Of a stretch of DNA of 64,000 nt, positions 55,301 through 64,000 are shown piece by piece. A model generated the notes under the pieces. The model saw only the letters and a list, made by a program, of their open reading frames with translations. It was not told the origin of the DNA and did not search any database. This stretch comes from Eledone cirrhosa (Eukaryota), in the NCBI GenBank assembly GCA_964016885.1, contig OZ024751.1, positions 46,314,001-46,378,000 on the forward strand. The letters run 5' to 3'. The translations under genes were made by a program, and so were the position numbers. Numbering within the stretch: the stretch's first letter is position 1; each line of letters begins with the position of its first letter.

Positions 55301-58300
55301 AGTGTAGTGTGGTAGTGAGATAGTGTAGTGTGGTAGTGAGATAGTGTAGAGTGGTAGTGAGATAGTGTAGTGTGGTAATGAGATAGTGTAGTGTGGTAGT
55401 GAGATAGTGTAGTGTGGTAGTGAGATAGTGTAGTGTGGTAGTGAGATAGTGTCGTGTGGTAATGAGATAGTGTAGTGTGGTAGTGAGATAGTGTAGCATG
55501 GTAGTGAGATAGTGTAGTGTGGTAGTGAGATAGTGTCGTGTGGTAGTGAGATAGTGTAGTGTGGTAGTGAGATAGTGTAGTGTGGTAGTGAGATAGTGTA
55601 GAGTGGTAGTGAGATAGTGTAGTGTGGTAGTGAGATAGTGTAGTGTGGTAGTGAGATAGTGTAGTGTGGTAGTGAGATAGTGTAGAGTGGTAGTGAGATA
55701 GTGTAGTGTGGTAGTGAGATAGTGTCGTGTGGTAATGAGATAGTGTAGTGTGGTAGTGAGATAGTGTAGTGTGGTAGTGAGATAGTGTAGTGTGGTAGTG
55801 AGATAGTGTCGTGTGGTAATGAGATAGTGTAGTGTGGTAGTGAGATAGTGTAGTGTGGTAGTGAGATAGTGTAGTGTGGTAGTGAGATAGTGTCGTGTGG
55901 TAGTGAGATAGTGTAGTGTGGTAGTGAGGACATGTTGTGTGGTAGTGAGATAGTGTAGAGTGGTAGTGAGATAGTGTAGTGTGGTAGTGAGGACATGTTG
56001 TGTGGTAGTGAGATAGTGTCGTGTGGTAGTGAGATAGTGTAGTGTGGTAGTGAGGACATGTTGTGTGGTAGTGAGATGGTGTAGTGTGGTAGTGAGATAG
56101 TGTAGTGTGGTAGTGAGGACATGTTGTGTGGTAGTGAGATAGTGTAGTGTGGTAGTAAGATAGTGTAGTGTGGTAGTGAGATAGTGTAGTGTGGTAGTGA
56201 GGACATGTAGTGTGGTAGTGAGATAGTGTAGTGTGGTAGTGAGATAGTGTAGTGTGGTAGTGAGATAGTGTAGTGTGGTAGTGAGGACATGTTGTGTTGT
56301 AGTGAGATAGTGTCGTGTGGTAATGAGATAGTGTAGTGTGGTAGTGAGGACATGTTGTGTGGTAGTGAGATAGTGTAGTGTGGTAGTGAGATAGTGTAGT
56401 GTGGTAGTGAGGACATGTTGTGTGGTAGTGAGATAGTGTAGTGTGGTAGTGAGGACATGTTGTGTGGTAGTGAGATAGTGTAGTGTGGTAGTGAGATAGT
56501 GTAGTGTGGTAGTGAGGACATGTTGTGTGGTAGTGAGATAGTGTAGTGTGGTAGTGAGATAGTGTAGTGTGGTAGTGAGATAGTGTAGTGTGGTAGTGAG
56601 ATAGTGTAGTGTGGTAGTGAGGACATGTAGTGTGGTAGTGAGATAGTGTAGTGTGGTAGTGAGATAGTGTAGTGTGGTAGTGAGATAGTGTAGTGTGGTA
56701 GTGAGATAGTGTAGTGTGGTAGTGAGATAGTGTAGTGTGGTAGTGAGATAGTGTAGTGTGGTAGTGAGATAGTGTAGTGTGGTAGTGAGATAGTGTAGTG
56801 TGGTAGTGAGATAGTGTAGTGTGGTAGTGAGATAGGGTTGTGTGGTAGTGAGATAGTGTAGTGTGGTAGTGAGGACATGTTGTGTGGTAGTGAGATAGTG
56901 TAGTGTGGTAGTGAGATAGTGTAGTGTGGTAGTGAGATAGTGTAGTGTGGTAGTGAGGACATGTTGTGTGGTAGTGAGATAGTGTAGTGTGGTAGTGAGG
57001 ACATGTTGTGTGGTAGTGAGATAGTGTCGTGTGGTAGTGAGATAGTGTAGTGTGGTAGTGAGATAGTGTAGTGTGGTAGTGAGGACATGTTGTGTAGTAG
57101 TGAGGACATGTTGTGTGGTAGTGAGATAGTGTCGTGTGGTAATGAGATAGTGTCGTGTGGTAGTGAGATAGTGTAGTGTGGTAGTGAGATAGTGTAGTGT
57201 GGTAGTGAGATAGTGTAGTGTGGTAGTGAGATAGTGTAGTGTGGTAGTGAGATAGTGTAGAGTGGTAGTGAGATAGTGTAGTGTGGTAGTGAGATAGTGT
57301 CGTGTGGTAATGAGATAGTGTAGTGTGGTAGTGAGATAGTGTAGTGTGGTAGTGAGATAGTGTAGTGTGGTAGTGAGATAGTGTAGTGTGGTAGTGAGAT
57401 AGTGTAGTGTGGTAGTGAGATAGTGTCGTGTGGTAATGAGATAGTGTAGTGTGGTAGTGAGATAGTGTAGTGTGGTAGTGAGATAGTGTAGTGTGGTAGT
57501 GAGATAGTGTCGTGTGGTAGTGAGATAGTGTAGTGTGGTAGTGAGATAGTGTAGTGTGGTAGTGAGGACATGTTGTGTGGTAGTGAGACAGTGTAGTGTG
57601 GTAGTGAGATAGTGTAGTGAGGTGGTGAGATAGTGTAGTGTGGTAGTGAGATAGTGTCGTGTGGTAGTGAGATAGTGTAGTGTGGTAGTGAGGACATGTT
57701 GTGTGGTAGTGAGATAGTGTAGTGTGGTAGTGAGATAGTGTAGTGTGGTAGTGAGGACATGTTGTGTGGTAGTGAGATAGTGTAGTGTGGTAGTAAGATA
57801 GTGTAGTGTGGTAGTGAGGACATGTTGTGTGGTAGTGAGATAGTGTAGTGTGGTAGTGAGATAGTGTAGTGTGGTAGTGAGATAGTGTAGTGTGGTAGTG
57901 AGATAGTGTAGTGTGGTAGTGAGGACATGTTGTGTGGTAGTGAGATAGTGTAGAGTGGTAGTGAGATAGTGTAGTGTGGTAGTGAGGACATGTTGTGTGG
58001 TAGTGAGACAGTGTAGTGTGGTAGTGAGATAGTGTAGTGAGGTGGTGAGATAGTGTAGTGTGGTAGTGAGATAGTGTAGTGTGGTAGTGAGATAGTGTAG
58101 TGTGGTAGTGAGGACATGTTGTGTGGTAGTGAGATAGTGTAGTGTGGTAGTGAGATAGTGTAGTGTGGTAGTGAGATAGTGTAGTGTGGTAGTGAGGACA
58201 TGTTGTGTGGTAGTGAGATAGTGTAGTGTGGTAGTGAGATAGTGTAGTGTGGTAGTGAGATAGTGTAGTGTGGTAGTGAGATAGTGTAGTGTGGTAGTGA

Positions 58301-61300
58301 GATAGTGTAGTGTGGTAGTGAGGACATGTTGTGTGGTAGTGAGATAGTGTAGAGTGGTAGTGAGATAGTGTAGTGTGGTAGTGAGATAGTGTAGTGTGGT
58401 GTGGTAGTGAGGACATGTTGTGTGGTAGTGAGATAGTGTAGTGTGGTAGTGAGGACATGCTGTGTGGTAGTGAGATAGTGTCGTGTGGTAATGAGATAGT
58501 GTAGTGTGGTAGTGAGGACATGTTGTGTGGTAGTGAGATAGTGTCGTGTGGTAGTGAGGACATGTTGTGTGGTAGTGAGATAGTGTAGTGTGGTAGTGAG
58601 ATAGTGTAGTGTGGTAGTGAGGACATGTTGTGTGGTAGTGAGATAGTGTTGTGTGGTAGTGAGATAGTGTAGTGTGGTAGCGAGATAGTGTAGTGTGGTA
58701 GTGAGATAGTGTAGTGTGGTAGTGAGATAGTGTAGTGTGGTAGTGAGATAGTGTAGTGTGGTAGTGAGGACATGTAGTGTGGTAGTGAGATAGTGTAATG
58801 TGGTAGTGAGATAGTGTAGTGTGGTAGTGAGATAGTGTAGTGTGGTAGTGAGATAGTGTAGTGTGGTAGTGAGATAGTGTAGTGTGGTAGTGAGATAGTG
58901 TAGTGTGGTAGTGAGATAGTGTAGTGTGGTAGTGAGATAGTGTAGTGTGGTAGTGAGATAGTGTAGTGTGGTAGTGAGATAGTGTAGTGTGGTAGTGAGA
59001 TAGTGTAGTGTGGTAGTGAGATAGTGTAGTGTGGTAGTGAGATAGTGTAGTGTGGTAGTGAGATAGTGTAGTGTGGTAGTGAGATAGTGTAGTGTGGTAG
59101 TGAGATAGTGTAGTGTGGTAGTGAGATAGTGTAGTGTGGTAGTGAGGACATGTAGTGTGGTAGTGAGATAGTGTAGTGTGGTAGTGAGATAGTGTAGTGT
59201 GGTAGTGAGATAGTGTAGTGTGGTAGTGAGATAGTGTAGTGTGGTAGTGAGATAGTGTAGTGTGGTAGTGAGATAGTGTAGTGTGGTAGTGAGATAGTGT
59301 AGTGTGGTAGTGAGATAGTGTAGTGTGGTAGTGAGGACATGTAGTGTGGTAGTGAGATAGTGTAGTGTGGTAGTGAGATAGTGTAGTGTGGTAGTGAGAT
59401 AGTGTAGTGTGGTAGTGAGATAGTGTAGTGTGGTAGTGAGATAGTGTAGTGTGGTAGTGAGATAGTGTAGTGTGGTAGTGAGATAGTGTAGTGTGGTAGT
59501 GAGATAGTGTAGTGTGGTAGTGAGATAGTGTAGTGTGGTAGTGAGATAGTGTCGTGTGGTAGTGAGATAGTGTAGTGTGGTAGTGAGGACATGTTGTGTG
59601 GTAGTGAGATAGTGTAGTGTGGTAGTGAGATAGTGTCGTGTGGTAATGAGATAGTGTAGTGTGGTAGTGAGATAGTGTAGTGTGGTAGTGAGATAGTGTA
59701 GTGTGGTAGTGAGATAGTGTCGTGTGGTAGTGAGATAGTGTAGTGTGGTAGTGAGGACATGTTGTGTGGTAGTGAGATAGTGTAGAGTGGTAGTGAGATA
59801 GTGTAGTGTGGTAGTGAGATAGTGTAGTGTGGTAGTGAGGACATGTTGTGTGGTAGTGAGGACATGTTGTGTGGTAGTGAGATAGTGTAGTGTGGTAGTG
59901 AGATAGTGTAGTGTGGTAGTGAGATAGTGTAGTGTGGTAGTGAGGACATGTAGTGTGGTAGTGAGATAGTGTAGTGTGGTAGTGAGATAGTGTAGTGTGG
60001 TAGTGAGATAGTGTAGTGTGGTAGTGAGATAGTGTAGTGTGGTAGTGAGATAGTGTAGTGTGGTAGTGAGATAGTGTAGTGTGGTAGTGAGATAGTGTAG
60101 TGTGGTAGTGAGATAGTGTAGTGTGGTAGTGAGATAGTGTTGTGTGGTAGTGAGATAGTGTAGTGTGGTAGTGAGGACATGTTGTGTGGTAGTGAGATAG
60201 TGTAGTGTGGTAGTGAGATAGTGTAGTGTGGTAGTGAGGACATGTTGTGTGGTAGTGAGATAGTGTAGTGTGGTAGTGAGGACATGTTGTGTGGTAGTGA
60301 GATAGTGTCGTGTGGTAGTGAGATAGTGTAGTGTGGTAGTGAGATAGTGTAGTGTGGTAGTGAGGACATGTTGTGTAGTAGTGAGGTCATGTTGTGTGGT
60401 AGTGAGATAGTGTCGTGTGGTAATGAGATAGTGTTGTGTGGTAGTGAGATAGTGTAGTGTGGTAGTGAGATAGTGTAGTGTGGTAGTGAGATAGTGTAGT
60501 GTGGTAGTGAGATAGTGTAGAGTGGTAGTGAGATAGTGTAGTGTGGTAATGAGATAGTGTAGTGTGGTAGTGAGATAGTGTAGTGTGGTAGTGAGATAGT
60601 GTAGTGTGGTAGTGAGATAGTGTCGTGTGGTAATGAGATAGTGTAGTGTGGTAGTGAGATAGTGTAGCATGGTAGTGAGATAGTGTAGTGTGGTAGTGAG
60701 ATAGTGTCGTGTGGTAGTGAGATAGTGTAGTGTGGTAGTGAGATAGTGTAGTGTGGTAGTGAGATAGTGTAGAGTGGTAGTGAGATAGTGTAGTGTGGTA
60801 GTGAGATAGTGTAGTGTGGTAGTGAGATAGTGTAGTGTGGTAGTGAGATAGTGTAGAGTGGTAGTGAGATAGTGTAGTGTGGTAGTGAGATAGTGTCGTG
60901 TGGTAATGAGATAGTGTAGTGTGGTAGTGAGATAGTGTAGTGTGGTAGTGAGATAGTGTAGTGTGGTAGTGAGATAGTGTCGTGTGGTAATGAGATAGTG
61001 TAGTGTGGTAGTGAGATAGTGTAGTGTGGTAGTGAGATAGTGTAGTGTGGTAGTGAGATAGTGTCGTGTGGTAGTGAGATAGTGTAGTGTGGTAGTGAGG
61101 ACATGTTGTGTGGTAGTGAGATAGTGTAGAGTGGTAGTGAGATAGTGTAGTGTGGTAGTGAGGACATGTTGTGTGGTAGTGAGATAGTGTCGTGTGGTAG
61201 TGAGATAGTGTAGTGTGGTAGTGAGGACATGTTGTGTGGTAGTGAGATGGTGTAGTGTGGTAGTGAGATAGTGTAGTGTGGTAGTGAGGACATGTTGTGT

Positions 61301-64000
61301 GGTAGTGAGATAGTGTAGTGTGGTAGTAAGATAGTGTAGTGTGGTAGTGAGGACATGTTGTGTGGTAGTGAGATAGTGTAGTGTGGTAGTGAGATAGTGT
61401 AGTGAGGTGGTGAGATAGTGTAGTGTGGTAGTGAGATAGTGTAGTGTGGTAGTGAGGACATGTTGTGTGGTAGTGAGATAGTGTAGTGTGGTAGTGAGAT
61501 AGTGTAGTGTGGTAGTGAGGACATGTTGTGTGGTAGTGAGATAGTGTAGAGTGGTAGTGAGATAGTGTAGTGTGGTAGTGAGGACATGTTGTGTGGTAGT
61601 GAGATAGTGTAGTGTGGTAGTGAGATAGTGTAGTGAGGTGGTGAGATAGTGTAGTGTGGTAGTGAGATAGTGTAGTGTGGTAGTGAGATAGTGTAGTGTG
61701 GTAGTGAGGACATGTTGTGTGGTAGTGAGATAGTGTAGTGTGGTAGTGAGACAGTGTAGTGTGGTAGTGAGATAGTGTAGTGTGGTAGTGAGATAGTGTA
61801 GTGTGGTAGTGAGGACATGTTGTGTGGTAGTGAGATAGTGTAGTGTGGTAGTGAGATAGTGTAGTGTGGTAGTGAGATAGTGTAGTGTGGTAGTGAGATA
61901 GTGTAGTGTGGTAGTGAGGACATGTTGTGTGGTAGTGAGATAGTGTAGAGTGGTAGTGAGATAGTGTAGTGTGGTAGTGAGATAGTGCAGTGTGGTAGTG
62001 ATATAGTGTAGTGTGGTAGTGAGATAGTGTAGAGTGGTAGTGAGATAGTGTAGTGTGGTAGTGAGGACATGTTGTGTGGTAGTGAGATAGTGTAGAGTGG
62101 TAGTGAGATAGTGTAGTGTGGTAGTGAGGACATGTTGTGTGGTAGTGAGATAGTGTCGTGTGGTAATGAGATAGTGTAGTGTGGTAGTGAGGACATGTTG
62201 TGTGGTAGTGAGATAGTGTAGTGTGGTAGTGAGATAGTGTAGTGTGGTAGTGAGGACATGTTGTGTGGTAGTGAGATAGTGTAGTGTGGTAGTGAGATAG
62301 TGTAGTGTGGTAGTGAGATAGTGTAGTGTGGTAGTGAGATAGTGTAGTGTGGTAGTGAGATAGTGTAGTGTGGTAGTGAGATAGTGTAGTGTGGTAGTGA
62401 GATAGTGTAGTGTGGTAGTGAGATAGTGTAGTGTGGTAGTGAGATAGTGTAGTGTGGTAGTGAGATAGTGTCGTGTGGTAGTGAGATAGTGTAGTGTGGT
62501 AGTGAGGACATGTTGTGTGGTAGTGAGATAGTGTAGTGTGGTAGTGAGATAGTGTAGTGTGGTAGTGAGGACATGTTGTGTGGTAGTGAGATAGTGTAGT
62601 GTGGTAGTGAGGACATGTTGTGTGGTAGTGAGATAGTGTCGTGTGGTAGTGAGATAGTGTAGTGTGGTAGTGAGATAGTGTAGTGTGGTAGTGAGGACAT
62701 GTTGTGTAGTAGTGAGGACATGTTGTGTGGTAGTGAGATAGTGTCGTGTGGTAATGAGATAGTGTCGTGTGGTAGTGAGATAGTGTAGTGTGGTAGTGAG
62801 ATAGTGTAGTGTGGTAGTGAGATAGTGTAGTGTGGTAGTGAGATAGTGTAGAGTGGTAGTGAGATAGTATAGTGTGGTAGTGAGATAGTGTCGTGTGGTA
62901 ATGAGATAGTGTAGTGTGGTAGTGAGATAGTGTAGTGTGGTAGTGAGATAGTGTAGTGTGGTAGTGAGATAGTGTAGTGTGGTAGTGAGATAGTGTCGTG
63001 TGGTAGTGAGATAGTGTAGTGTGGTAGTGAGATAGTGTAGTGTGGTAGTGAGATAGTGTAGTGTGGTAGTGAGATAGTGTAGTGTGGTAGTGAGATAGTG
63101 TCGTGTGGTAATGAGATAGTGTAGTGTGGTAGTGAGATAGTGTAGTGTGGTAGTGAGATAGTGTAGTGTGGTAGTGAGATAGTGTCGTGTGGTAGTGAGA
63201 TAGTGTAGTGTGGTAGTGAGGACATGTTGTGTGGTAGTGAGATAGTGTAGAGTGGTAGTGAGATAGTGTAGTGTGGTAGTGAGATAGTGTAGTGTGGTAG
63301 TGAGGACATGTTGTGTGGTAGTGAGGACATGTTGTGTGGTAGTGAGATAGTGTAGTGTGGTAGTGAGATAGTGTAGTGTGGTAGTGAGATAGTGTAGTGT
63401 GGTAGTGAGATAGTGTAGTGTGGTAGTGAGATAGTGTAGTGTGGTAGTGAGATAGTGTAGTGTGGTAGTGAGATAGTGTAGTGTGGTAGTGAGATAGTGT
63501 TGTGTGGTAGTGAGATAGTGTAGTGTGGTAGTGAGGACATGTTGTGTGGTAGTGAGATAGTGTAGTGTGGTAGTGAGATAGTGTAGTGTGGTAGTGAGGA
63601 CATGTTGTGTGGTAGTGAGATAGTGTAGTGTGGTAGTGAGGACATGTTGTGTGGTAGTGAGATAGTGTCGTGTGGTAGTGAGATAGTGTAGTGTGGTAGT
63701 GAGATAGTGTAGTGTGGTAGTGAGGACATGTTGTGTAGTAGTGAGGACATGTTGTGTGGTAGTGAGATAGTGTCGTGTGGTAATGAGATAGTGTTGTGTG
63801 GTAGTGAGATAGTGTAGTGTGGTAGTGAGATAGTGTAGTGTGGTAGTGAGATAGTGTAGTGTGGTAGTGAGATAGTGTAGAGTGGTAGTGAGATAGTGTA
63901 GTGTGGTAATGAGATAGTGTAGTGTGGTAGTGAGATAGTGTAGTGTGGTAGTGAGATAGTATAGTGTGGTAGTGAGATAGTGTCGTGTGGTAATGAGATA
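34345..64000 (+). repeat. 21-bp satellite array (~1400 units), open at the window end
   Basis: Monomer A GTGTGGTAGTGAGATAGTGTA and monomer B GTGTGGTAGTGAGGACATGTT plus minor variants; degenerate edge at 34345-34545. Confidence 0.98.

Noticed and set aside
34269-63750. Three giant ORFs (7076, 8738, 9740 aa) as genes
   Set aside because: All three frames are open because of monomer composition; non-triplet indels are tolerated; there is no unique domain.
34345-64000. Telomeric repeat or G-quadruplex array
   Set aside because: No TTAGGG units; only GG doublets in the consensus; the array end is not visible.

Overview
Repeat-dominated, AT-rich eukaryotic DNA. The SINE families and dense (TA)n/(CA)n tracts resemble an octopus/cephalopod genome (inference). 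The first ~31.7 kb is mostly retroelement remnants. These include two truncated Penelope-like elements (PLEs) with GIY-YIG remnants and inverted 5' repeats, and several small fold-back elements in (TA)n tracts that carry readable type-I hammerhead ribozyme motifs. There is also a near-full-length CRE-like RT-RLE non-LTR element with an apparent N-terminal PHD finger, RTE and Tx1/L1 fragments, ~15 tRNA-derived SINE copies, non-autonomous Helitrons, and hAT and Tc1/pogo MITEs. From 31.75 kb there is a ~35-bp minisatellite, one candidate membrane-protein exon, and a >29.6 kb 21-bp satellite running off the window end. The three giant minus-strand ORFs (7-10 kaa) are artefacts of the stop-free satellite strand. 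No intact host gene is evident. All calls were made by eye, with no searches or folding runs.
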